Of a DNA stretch of 64,000 nt, positions 12,600-24,900 are shown one piece after another. A model generated the notes under the pieces. The model ran no database searches. It saw only the letters and a list, made by a program, of their open reading frames with translations, and was not told the DNA's origin. The stretch lies in the NCBI RefSeq assembly GCF_006345805.1, contig NW_021832712.1, positions 41,422 to 105,421 of the forward strand. Reading direction: 5' to 3'. Position numbers and translations under genes: made by a program. Origin of the DNA: Octopus sinensis (taxonomy: Eukaryota). Within the stretch, counting starts at the first letter, position 1, and every line of letters starts with the position of its first letter.

Positions 12600-14300
12600 T
12601 CGTGATATTGCTTAAAACCTGTTTGGTTGCTCGTAGCGCATGGTTGCTCACAGTGCCCGTTACACTATGCAGCATGAAATCGATCAAGAAGGCACGAGTT
12701 TCTTTCCGACAGTCAGGAGAGTTTCTACTGAATTTCAAAGTCGAAAAAGATATAGAAAACTTTCGAAATGAATTACAGGAAAGCAACAATTTTGGGGAGG
12801 AAGGCCATTCTTTCAAAAATAAGAAATTCGGGTCAATGACAGTAATTCTAAAGAATGTCTCAACTTGATCGAAATTGAGGGACTCAAGACTGATCACGGA
12901 GCCTATCATTAAAATGGTAACTTCTGATCACGGAGAAGCGCAACCGTTCGAATGTGAAGGCAGATGGTACAGAAAACCGGAAGTTCAGTGCTATCAATGC
13001 AAAGGTTTTGGCTACATTGCACGCTTCTGTAAAAATCATTTTTTTCGGGCACACATGCTGGAACATTTTGCCAGGATTCTAACATGAAAAATTGTCAACT
13101 ACACTTCTCCAAGCCACTTGGGAAATTATCGGGGCTGTGAGAAAGCTAAAGAACCTTCAAAGCTGAAATTGGAGAATATTGGTGCAGAAACTGTTAAAAG
13201 AAACTTCGGAGAATGCCAAAATCAATCTAAAAAAATGCAGCATTGAAGCCATGGGCAGGATAGAACGTTCCAAGAGTTAGGAAAACAGCTCAAGTTTGAA
13301 TGCCGACAGAGGAAACGACTATATCTCACTCGGCTGTGCAGACTTTGTCGATTTAAGGAGCCGCGTCAATGACGGATCAACTTCGAGCTGATTTAACGAG
13401 ACGAACATAAAGAAGTCTGGAAGTATCCTTATTCCCGGATACAGCTCAATTGATATTCCTTGGCATCCTGGTGTTAACGCTGGCACAGGAACATCAATAT
13501 TTTACAAAAAGTCTATTGATATTCGGAATCTAATAATAATTGAACAAAATTCATGTGAAACAACATCCATTAATTTAAAACTTCTATTGGATGGATAACT
13601 GTTGAATGTATATACTCCAAAAGGTTGAAAGACTATTTCTGATTGTCAAAAATTTTGTGGAAGGAAATGAAAATCCAATTCTGTTGGAGTCTTAAATGGA
13701 AATTGTTTATTTGAGATTAAATTTTTTTTTATTTTAACATCTGAAGAGCTTAACCATTTTCAGCAGCAAAGTGTTGATCGATTAGGATTGTTTATTGTTG
13801 AAAATATCGTAAGTAATTTTTGTGACCGGTCTTATATTGTAAATGAAGTGGGGAGTGACTATTTTCTATAAAAGATGAAATTACAAACGGGAACAGTTCT
13901 CATTGGGAATGTATTTCTTGGTTATAATCTTAGCAACATTAATCCCAGGCATTTCTATTTTTATGTCTATAAAATGGACAAATACTTTTAAAATGGCAGA
14001 GAGATCAAACTTAAGTCCAGTGAAGGGAATTGATTTCAAGAGAAGAAGTAACTAAGAAGTTAAAAGAGCAGCTTGCTAGAATTCAAGAAGTGGATTTTTT
14101 TTGGTGATTTCACTGACTATACAAAATGATATGTGTATTTGTAAATCACTATTGTTTACGGAGGGATCGTTATGTGGAGTTATTTCTATGGATTGCAAAT
14201 CAATATCATGGAAAACAAATCATTGTCATATCGAAAAATTGCTTAATGGTATCCTTATCTTTTTAAAAAAAGTATTGTTTGCTGGATTGGCAGAATAGAA
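12600..14300 (+). mobile_element. Degenerate I/Jockey-like LINE 5' part (gag CCHC + APE endonuclease)
   Basis: CYQCKGFGYIARFC zinc knuckle in ORF 12875-13087, then APE-like LNET...IPGYSSI...GTGTSIFYKK with stops. 13860-14200 is homologous to 57640-58040 (inverted). Confidence 0.7.
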
Positions 14301-15672
14301 GGAAACCTGATCCTTGTGTTAACACTGGAGTTATTAAACCTCCTTTATTTTAGTAACGAGTTTGTTTTATCTTCTCGACTTTTTATCATTTTAGATACAC
14401 AAATTTGAAATCTGATCTGTAAAGCGCATTTTAGATCAAACATATAACCTAAGAACTTTTTTTTGAATATGTAAAGAATATAATTGGATCTTTTTGAAAA
14501 TATAATGGACTGGGTATCACAAATCTCGGAAATAGGGTTCATAAACCTGCGATTTTTGACATAATAGACTTGTTTTGCATAGTATTTTAATACTTAAAGG
14601 CTTTATAGAGTTTATATATTCAAACGAATACTAACTCGTATGAAACTAAAGAATATTTAAATATATAGTGATACATCTTAATCGCCTTTATAAATTAGCC
14701 TCTTTTAGAAATCTTATTTTATGGAAATTAGCACAAATAAGTCGTGTTCTTAACGTGATAGTGGAGGGGTATGCAAAATATTGACTTACATGGATGCTGA
14801 AAAAATTTTCTAGTTACATCATTGGGGTCTAAATTGCTTATGGAAACACCTTAGAGTTTATTTAAAATCAGTTTGATGAGAGGGACCTTTAGGAACTTAG
14901 TTTGGAAGGAAGTTACCACGAGAGAAGTATCCAATATTATTTGATAAAATTAGACAATGGGATTGGAGACTGATTTTCTTGATTATAGGGTATTCTATTT
15001 AATTTATAGTCAGGTTAATTAAAACTATGTGGCTAAATTTGAATGATAGAAACATTCAGATATAGAGTACTATTAGGAAATGATTCTAGGAAAAAAATTT
15101 AGCTGTCTACTAAAAAAATTATTTTTGAAAATTGTTCACTTTCAATAAAATATATGCTTGGAATTCAAATAAAGATCAAATATTTTTTGCTTGATAAAGA
15201 AAATTATAACAAAGTAGTGACTTTAAGGTAAGATGTCGTTACTGGTTTTTCTATATTTGTAGTGTCGTTTGGTAAAGAATTTTTTTCCATTAACATTTCA
15301 AGCTGAGCATCCAACTATATAGTTAATAAAAATACAGGCAACTTCTGCTTTAGAAAATGGATATGAATATTCAGGGTCTAAATCTTGATCAGAAAAAGAT
15401 GACTCTGAAAATGTTTTTTTCTTGCAACAAAGACAGTTACCCTGAGAATTAAAAATTAACAATCATCACCATAAAACTATCTAGCTACGCTGTGACAGAA
15501 ATTGTAAAATATTTTAATTCGTTATAATTTCGGAAATTATCCTAATTAGGAAACAATGAACAATCTCTCACAGTTTTTAATCTTTTTTATCATTAAATTA
15601 AACTGATTGTTTTTTGGTTATAGTTTTTAAACTATTTTACAGCTTCTTATCTTAATAATAAAATGGTATGGT

Positions 15673-15735
15673 GTGTGTCTGTCTGTCTGTCTGTCTGTGT
15701 GTCTGTCTGTGTGTCTGTCTGTCTGTCTGTGTGTG
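15673..15735 (+). repeat. Compound (GTCT)n/(GT)n microsatellite
   Basis: gtgtgtgtctgtctgtctgtctgtctgtgtgtctgtctgtgtgtctgtctgtctgtctgtgtgtg seen directly. Confidence 0.95.
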
Positions 15736-15757
15736 CACACCAACTTCAAATTGGCAA

Positions 15758-17601
15758 TACGATGTCCTCGACTTACATGATGAGGTCCTTAAAACCTTCC
15801 CCCCAAAAAAAATTAAAAAAAATTTTTCTGCGTTTTGGTCAAAATGAACAACTACGATGTCCTCGACTTACATGATGAGGTCCTTAAAACCTTCCCCCCC
15901 CAAAAAAAATTAAAAAAAAAATTTTCTGCATTTTGGTTAAAATGAACAACTACGATGTCCTCGACTTACATGATGAGGTCCTTAAAACCTTCCCCCCCAA
16001 AAAATTAAAAAAAAATTTTCTGCATTTTGGTTAAAATGAATAACTACGATGTCCTCGACTTACATGATGAGGTCCTTAAAACCTTCCCCCCAAAAAAAAT
16101 TAAAAAAAAATTTTCTGCATTTTGGTTAAAATGAACAACTACGATGTCCTCGACTTACATGATGAGGTCCTTAAAACCTTCCCCCCAAAAAAATTAAAAA
16201 AAATTTTCTGCATTTTGGTTAAAATGAACAACTACGATGTCCTCGACTTACATGATGAGGTCCTTAAAACCTTCCCCCCAAAAAAATTAAAAAAAAATTT
16301 TTCTGCATTTTGGTTAAAATGAACAACTACGATGTCCTCGACTTACATGATGAGGTCCTTAAAACTTCCCCCCCAAAAAAATTAAAAAAAAATTTTCTGC
16401 ATTTTGGTTAAAATGAACAACTACGATGTCCTCGACTTACATGATGAGGTCCTTAAAACCTTCCCCCCCAAAAAATTAAAAAAAAAATTTTCTGCATTTT
16501 GGTTAAAATGAACAACTACGATGTCCTCGACTTACATGATGAGGTCCTTAAAACCTTCCCCCCAAAAAAATTAAAAAAAAAATTTTCTGCATTTTGGTTA
16601 AAATGAATAACTACGATGTCCTCGACTTACATGATGAGGTCCTTAAAACCTTCCCCCCAAAAAAAATTAAAAAAAAATTTTCTGCATTTTGGTTAGAATG
16701 AACAACTACAATGTCCTCGACTTACATGATGAGGTCCTTAAAACCTTCCCCCCCCAAAAAAAATTAAAAAAAAATTTTCTGCATTTTGGTTAAATGAACA
16801 ACTACGATGTCCTCGACTTACATGATGAGGCCTTAAAACCTTCCCCCCAAAAAATTAAAAAAAAAAAATTTTCTGCATTTTGTTAGAATGAACAACTACA
16901 ATGTCCTCGACTTACTGATGAGGTCCTTAAAACCTTCCCCCCCAAAAAAATTTAAAAAAAAAATTTCTGCATTTTGGTTAAAATGAACAACTACGATGTC
17001 CTCGACTTACATGATGAGGTCCTTAAAACCTTCCCCCCCAAAAAAAATTAAAAAAAAATTTCTGCATTTTGGTTAAAATGAACAACTACAATGTCCTCGA
17101 CTTACATGATGAAGTCCTTAAAACCTTCCCCCCAAAAAAAAATTAAAAAAAAATTTTCTGCATTTTGGTTAAAATGAACAACTACGATGTCCTCGACTTA
17201 CATGATGAAGTCCTTAAAACCTTCCCCCCAAAAAAAAATAAAAAAAATTTTCTGCATTTTGGTTAAATGAACAACTACGATGTCCTCGACTTACATGATG
17301 AGGTCCTTAAAACCTTCCCCCCAAAAAAATTAAAAAAAAATTTTCTGCATTTTGGTTAAAATGAACAACTACAATGTCATCGACTTACATGATGAAGTCC
17401 TTAAAACCTTCCCCCCAAAAAAAATTTAAAAAAAATTTCTGCATTTTGGTTAAAATGAACAACTACGATGTCCTCGACTTACATGATGAAGTCCTTAAAA
17501 CCTTCCCCCCAAAAAAAATTTAAAAAAAAATTTCTGCATTTTGGTTAAAATGAACAACTACGATGTCCTCGACTTACATGATGAGGTCCATTAAAACCTT
17601 C
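15758..17601 (+). repeat. Homogeneous tandem array, ~20 units of ~93-97 bp
   Basis: Unit AACTACGATGTCCTCGACTTACATGATGAGGTCCTTAAAACCTT-Cn-An-TT-An-TTTTCTGCATTTTGGTTAAAATGAAC. Units differ almost only in homopolymer length. Confidence 0.97.
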
Positions 17602-18942
17602 GAGGCAAAAATCTCACGTATTAAGAATATCCTTGATGAAAACGACAGCGAGAATATTAACAATGATGAACTCCCAATTATTCGTAATAAAGAAATTCAA
17701 TTCATCCTATGATTTTCTCTTTAAATTAAATGCATATATCATTATCGACCATGAATCAAATTTAAAGCTATTATCATATTTGACTTTGACAGAATGTGCA
17801 ATCACAGATTGCACGACTTTGAATAGAGTGTGCAATTAACAGATTTTGAAAAACCACTTTGATAGTTGAAACCACATTAGCACAATCATTAACACAATTT
17901 ACCACAAATTGACGCACGACCTTGAATAGAGTGTGCAATTAACAGATTTTGAAAAACACTTTGATAGTTGAAACCACATTAGCACAATCATTAACACAAT
18001 TTACCACCAATTGACAGCGCAATCAGAAGAATTTGCGTAAAATATTAACTATTTAGTTAAGTTTTTCGTAAAGATAGAATTTATTTTCGGTATGCCTCTT
18101 TTCCTAAACTTTTTTATTATTCAAAAATAATTTTTTCAATAGATAACCGAAGGAGGGAAGACGACCTTAAGAAAAGAAGTTTTTCGTAAAGATAGAATTT
18201 ATTTTCTGTATGCCTCTTTTTTCCTAATATTTTTTATTATTCAAAAATAATTTTTTAAATAGATAACCGAAGGAGGAAAAACGAAGCTAAAGAAAAAACG
18301 GTCAGCTTAAGGTAATTAATTAAATCTTTTCTGTGTGTCGCTTTTTTGGCTGCTGCTACTCCGCCTGCCCCATTTCCGCCAGTGGTTTGTCTAATCAAGG
18401 TCACTAAGCTAAATCTCCGACTATAAAGGCTCTTAAGCTTATCTTACTTGGCTGTTAAAAAAATTAGACAGTTGTTGCCGTGGCGGCAGAGATTTTTTTT
18501 GTTTATACTTTTTACAAATTTTTAAAGTTTTTTTATTTTTTTGTTTTTAATTATTTATTTTTATTGTCATATATGCCAAGGAAGGACGGACGACAAACAT
18601 CGTTTATCAACACAGGCGATAGTATAGGGTTACATTAAACCAGGTAGTTTTATACATCTACATAAACTTATAGTTGTTTGATGAAACAGGCCCTCCGCAG
18701 GAGCTAGGTCGCGTGAGCGAAAAAACGACTGCCGAGCTAGTAAATGAATAAAACTGTTTTACAGCTTCTCAAGAGATTTACTTAAATGAATAAAACTGTT
18801 TTTTCTTTTGAAATAAACAAGATTCTGTTTTATAAGTAGATACAAAAATAAATTTTGATATCCTTATATTTACTTACATTAAATACAGTAATTATTGATG
18901 CGAAATATTTTATTATTAAACGTAGTATCCAAGTAACATTTA

Positions 18943-21900
18943 ATGAAGAACACAGAAGATAATTCAAATTCTCAGATAATTCATGAACTACAAAAAGGTA
19001 TAAAAAGTCCAAATTAATAAAAGACGCTCCTTTAACATTTCAAAATCCAAGTCATTCCGATTTACGATGCTTCGTAGAGTTCTTTAAATTATTTGTTTTA
19101 AGGAACAAAACATCCTATCAATTATTAAGCCTACCGAAGAATTTTATAATTCTTTAAAAGAGACTGGATCTTTATCAAGAAAGGCACTGGATAGCTTGTT
19201 GACCAATGATTCGACTTCTTTTTTGGCTGCCTATACCAATTATGCCGGACTTTTGATTTTGACTAACTCAATTCCTCCAAAAGAAGTCGAAACGTTTCGT
19301 TATTTCATTAAAGTTCTGATTCCTCTCAAATGTTATAGCGTAATTCGACAACCGAAGCGACTAAATTTCATCATTTTTTTCAATATGGCTCGATTAGCGG
19401 CGATAGATTCAAGGCTCTTCATAATGTAATGAGTCGTATTTTTGCTCCAAAAATATTCAAAAGTCCCGAATGGCCAGAAAGTTTTTTCGAATTTTGAATT
19501 GGTAGGTATTCGAGATGAATTCCTGGCCAGTCTGAGCAAATTTATGGCCACACTCACTGAATCGAGGTACAAGAGAGAAAATAAGACAATTCTATATGTT
19601 CCCACGGAAGAGTTAAACCAAGAAGTAAACGTGGCGGCTAAAAACAAACCACTTGTCCAAAGATTTGAGAGTAAAACATGAAAGCTAAATAATCAGTTGT
19701 CATGGTGCATTGGATTAAGCAAATAAAAGATGTTCTTAGTAAACAAGATTCTGCACAAGTGAACGACTTTCTCGGACCCCTAGAAGAAATTAATTTTTGG
19801 AAGAATAGGTTAGTAGCCCAAGATTGGGATATAATCAAGATGCAATGACTTGAGTGGGATTTCACAGCAATTGGAAAACAGCGGAGTAAAAAAAATAACA
19901 GAGATTCTCGCAAGTGCAAAGTCGTCGTATGTAGGTACATTCAAAAAGCTTGCGACATATATAAAAGTAAAAAATACTTGTTTATTGCAGGACGGGACCA
20001 ACGAGGCAGGAGACAATCTTAAATTTATGAATATTCTAAAAGAGCCATGCATTCTCCTGTCAGAGGCTAGTCCAGGAGAAATAAAAAATTGTTTGTCAAA
20101 AATAATCAATTTGATACGCATAATTTGGATTAATTCTTCGTTTTACAATACCAAGGAAAAGATCACTGGTCTTTTCAAAAGAGTAGCGACTAAAGTCTGA
20201 TGTCAATTTAGTTGAGTAATGAAATAATCAAGAGATGTGTCCAGTCTGTCAACGTCAACCAAATTTTATCAGGATTCTCAGATACGGGAATAATCTCAAT
20301 CGATGAGTGCATTAAATGTCTTGAAGAATGGAAAAAAATGTACGAAAAAGTAATTAATGAAATGTGACTAAATTAGGCTGTCGGTATCCATACTCTCTAC
20401 TCCCGAACAGAGTGGGTACTTGATCAAACAACTATTTTTGCCCAAGCCGACGCCTTTATTCAAAGATGCAATGATCTCAGAGAAGTCTGAACATAAATTT
20501 ACAAAATTAGATCTGCGTTGCTCAAAAACACTTTGGCCGTTGGATAGATGGACACAAAGAAGAGAGGCCTGTGTTCGGGGGACATTTAGGATTGGAAGTG
20601 AATAACAGTTTGGACGAAATAGAACATATTTTTGATCAAAAAATAAAAGAAATCCGTCAAGTCAATAAAATGATTTTGGACGTGAAAGCCACCAACTGGC
20701 ACGAACATTGCAATAAGTACTATTTTACATGAGAAATTCAGATTCAAAATGGCTGTAAAAGATATGGAAGTGATGATGCAAAATGTCATCAAAAAGGCAT
20801 TCCTGACAGTCACCACTGTCGAAGAAGGAATCGAAGTAATTGACATCTTTATGTACCTGTATAACCGAGAGGTTTTAAAAACATCAAGTGATTGTAAACA
20901 GATTATTAGGAGAATCATCGACAAAAAGACAGTTGATATTTTTGCATTTTTTTCTGATGAAATTGAGTTGGTTAAAAGTGAGTTATCCAAAAAACTCGTT
21001 TTTGGATCTTACGAAGCTCCAGAATTCAGTGGCGCTGCACTCTGGATTAGACAACTCAAATTACGTCTTGACATGATATATAATGTTCTAAAATTTTTAA
21101 ATATTTCAGAAATTGTCAAATGCGACCTTTTTACGTAAGATCGACAGTGCAGAAGAGTTTTATCAAAACTACGAAAATTTGATATTCGCGCTAAATGAGA
21201 ATTTAAATAAACTTTACAGCAACTGGTCAGAAACGATCGACTATGTAAAATTCCAAATAAATATTAACTAGAAACCCCACCGCTTCCTCAACCAAACAAT
21301 CATGTGCCACTGCAGTGAAAGATCCGATCTCCTCTCAGCCAATTTTAGCTCTTCGATGAGAAAAATATTTCAGGAATGTTGGTATTGGGAGCGCATGGGA
21401 ATGGAAATTCCCAATTTCTTGGCGGATCTGTATATTAAGAAAGATGAACTTTTAATGATACGAGAGAAAGTTTCATTGTCAGTACAGGAATACAATAGGT
21501 AAATTTAAATCAACTTAGACACAAGAATTGTTTTTGGTCTATCTAAGACAGAAAAAGGACTATTTTACGAAAAAGTGAGACAACTTCAAAAGAAGATCCG
21601 TCCAGGAATGCAAAAAATAGATTGGACTAAAATTTCGACAATCGAATACTTTTTGGATGATATTCGAATCCATGTTAAAAAAGTTTATTTACATGAAAAT
21701 TAAAAACATTATAGGTGCACAAGATGATTGACAATTTCAAATCTATGAACTTGGAGATTCTAAATTCAGCAAGTTTAATAAGTCAGTCACTTCTGTTCTC
21801 CGTCGAAGATACAAAAATCTATGAAATTGATGAATTTATCAAACATCAAGTATTAATCAAATAAGAATGTGGCTAGAAACACCATATTGCAAATACTGAG

Positions 21901-24900
21901 CTTACGATGCTGTCAAATTTTAAAAGGATTTTGTCAAGTCTGCAGAATGCGAAAACCACGTTAGTTGACGAAACAGTTAAAGTGCTTTGATTATATTTTA
22001 TTTTATAAAGGACTCTTGGGTTACATATATTGAAAAAATCGACGCGGTAGTAGAAGAAGCATTCAGACTTAACATTAGAGGATCACTCCAAGAACTTAAT
22101 AAACTTATAAACGGAAATGAAAAAACTGCAGCAAATCCACTATTCATCGTTAAAGTCGCTCTAGAAAAAGAAAAAGTAAAATTAAATATTCATCATTAGA
22201 TAATATTCGACCCTTCGTTGGAAAGACTTTCTGAGGTCGTGACCTCCATTAAGCCAAAAATCATCGACATTCTCAAACGATATAAAAGACTCAGTGTTCT
22301 TCTCAACTCGCATGATACCACAAAAATTGTTATTTCGCTAAAAAAGTCAAATTTAGTCGATAACTGAGCTTATCAGCGACGATAGTGAAATAAACGAAAT
22401 ACAAAAAATTATCATCGACGGTTCCAACAAAGGATTCAAAGAAATGCAGAGCTATTTATCAACGTGGGACAATTTTAGAGAAATTTGGGAAATAAATAAA
22501 CCAAAATTTATTACTCGATACAGAAAAGTAAAACCCGGAGTTGCAACTTTCGATTCTGATTTGGCAAGGTAATTTGTTGTCGACTAATGATCGAAACTAG
22601 ATATAGCGAAGTTGCAAATAACGTCCAAGGAATAGAGACGATAGTTAACGTCCAGTTTGTTTATTTGGACTGCGGTCCACTCAAATTTTCAATTCTTGGA
22701 CATTGCAACGAATGGCAGAATATGTTTACAGACCTCTTATTTGAACTTGCCGAAGGAAGTTTAGTGAGCCTACACAGTTATTTATCTGAAAATATTAAAA
22801 TGTATTTTTCAAGTTGAGTATACTAGAATTCAACAAATTCCAACAAGTCTGGACGCTTTGCAAGCCAATCTGGATCTATGGCATGACCTGAATGAAAAAG
22901 TAGAGGAAACTGAAAATAAAATTCCACTCCTGGACGATCAATTCAATACTCTCGACAAGTACGAAATTCCGATTCCAGAAGATGTAACAACTTTATAAAA
23001 TTTTACAAATAGTTGAGATACAAGCATAAATCTCTAAAAACTGTGTTCAATGAGTTCAAACAGTGTTTATCGTCTTCAAAGGATATGTTGAAAAAGGAAA
23101 AGGTCATCGATTTAATCTAAATATGAAATAGGAAATATTTAAAAAGAACTTGCTATCCAAAGCAGAAGAAATTCGAAAAGAGGTGATGGCTCTCTCAAAA
23201 AATATAAAACAAAATGGCCCCTACACATGTGACATGACTGCTGAACAAGCATTGTCGAAAATAGCAGAATTCCGAGAATCTCTGAATTTACTTTCTAATC
23301 AGGAAGAAGAAACAAGACAAGGACTTGCAATTTTTAAATTAAGTCAGCAGTCAAATAAAGAAATTATTAATATAAAAAATGTATAATATTTTTATTTTAA
23401 ATAAAGGAATTAAATCTAATCGAAAATATTTGGAACGTGTCTCAAAAATGGAATCATTTTTGGCAAAACATGCGATTTACAACCTTTCGCGATTTCGACG
23501 ATCATTCTATCGAGGACCAGACAAATACTATTTTTAGTGAAATAAATCGATTAGAAATTGAAATTAAGGTTAATTTAAACGAATAATAGTTTCTTAAGGA
23601 CAGAGAACATTCTGTGCTCAAGCACTTGACTGATATCACTAGACAATTTCAGAAAACGGTTCCTTTAATCACATCTCTCCAGAACGAATCAATTAAGGGA
23701 AGGCACTGGCAACAAATTGATGTAACCTTAAAAATTAATATTTCTTAGAATGAACTAGGAAGACAAATTGATCCCAAAAGCGATGACCTGACGCTAGAAA
23801 AAGTTGTTGAATACGAGTTTGACGAACACGCTGATTTTATAATGGAAGTTTTTGATTCTTCACTTAAAGAACTGCAGCTTGAACACGTTAAATATAATAA
23901 TATATTTTAAATAGGAAATTGCCAATATTTCTTCGGTATGGGAGAGCGTTTCTTTGAATTGGCCTCATATAAAGACAAAGGACATTTCAAACTAATGTAA
24001 TCACAGTAAGTATATTGAATTAAGAAATACGGATAACATATTCCAGTCACTGGACGAAGACCAAATGCGTTTATCCATGATAAAATCTTCTAAACATATG
24101 AAATGCTTTGAAACTGAAATAGAAATTTGGGAAAAGTCTCTCTCCCTGATATTAGAAGCGATGGAGAATATGCTAACGGTTCAGCAAAAGTGGTTGTATC
24201 TCGAGGTTAAATATTTTTATGAATCGTTAGAATATCTTTTTAGGTGAGGATATTAGAAAACAACTCCCTAATGAAACAAACACTTTTGAAGATGTCAATA
24301 GTCGATGGAAGAAAATAATGACTTGTGTAAACAAAGATAAAAATTGTTTGAGGGCTTCACACAAGCCAGGTTGTTGTTATTTCATTAGAAGTAGGAATGT
24401 TACAATCCTTGAATGACATGATCAAAATGCTCGAAACAGTTCAAAAATCTCTCGAGATGTATTTGGAAACGAAAAAACAAATCTTTCCTCGCTTTTATTT
24501 TATCTCAAATGAAAATCTTCTGGAAATACTTGGACAGAGTGTGAACCCTTGTAGTATTCAAAATCACTTGAATAAAATATTTTATAACATAAATTCGTTA
24601 AAAATACAAAAAGTTATTTATATTATTTTAACCATAGGTCGCTGTAAAACAAAAAACAGAGGCCACCGCAATGACGTCGTGCGACGGAGAAACGGTCGAC
24701 TTCAGTCACTCTGTTATGCTTGAAGGATTTGTCGAGGTAAGTTATTTTATTAAAATTACTCAAAGCTTTGGCTGAACGACCTGGAACGTGAGATGAGATT
24801 CACTTTAAAAGAGTTACTCAAAAATTGTCGAAGTGCTCTCAAGAAATATCAAGGAAAACGAGAAAAATGGATAAAGGAATGGCCGGGACAAGTGCAAATA

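Larger units (their letters stand above)
15650..18740 (+). mobile_element. Non-autonomous Helitron-like element with internal microsatellite and tandem repeats
   Basis: 5' A|TCTTAATAATAAAATG followed by (GTCT/GT)n. 3' hairpin TCGC-GTGA-GCGA, then ...GCCGAGCTAG|T at 18737-18741. No TSD or TIR. Internal ~103-bp and ~118-bp duplications at ~17810-18290. Confidence 0.7.

Noticed and set aside
16122-16322. Repeat-encoded 31-aa protein (MNNYDVLDLHDEVLKTFPPKKLKKIFCILVK)n
   Set aside because: Unit lengths vary from 93 to 97 bp so the frame is not maintained. It could only be revived if accurate reads show all units are 93 or 96 bp.
15758-17601. CRISPR array
   Set aside because: No unique spacers; the whole unit repeats. 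Eukaryotic context and no cas genes.
12350-17601. Foldback element with repeat-built inverted arms
   Set aside because: The inverted homology extends into non-repeat Helitron internal sequence and the two sides differ greatly in age, so two separate Helitron copies explain it better.
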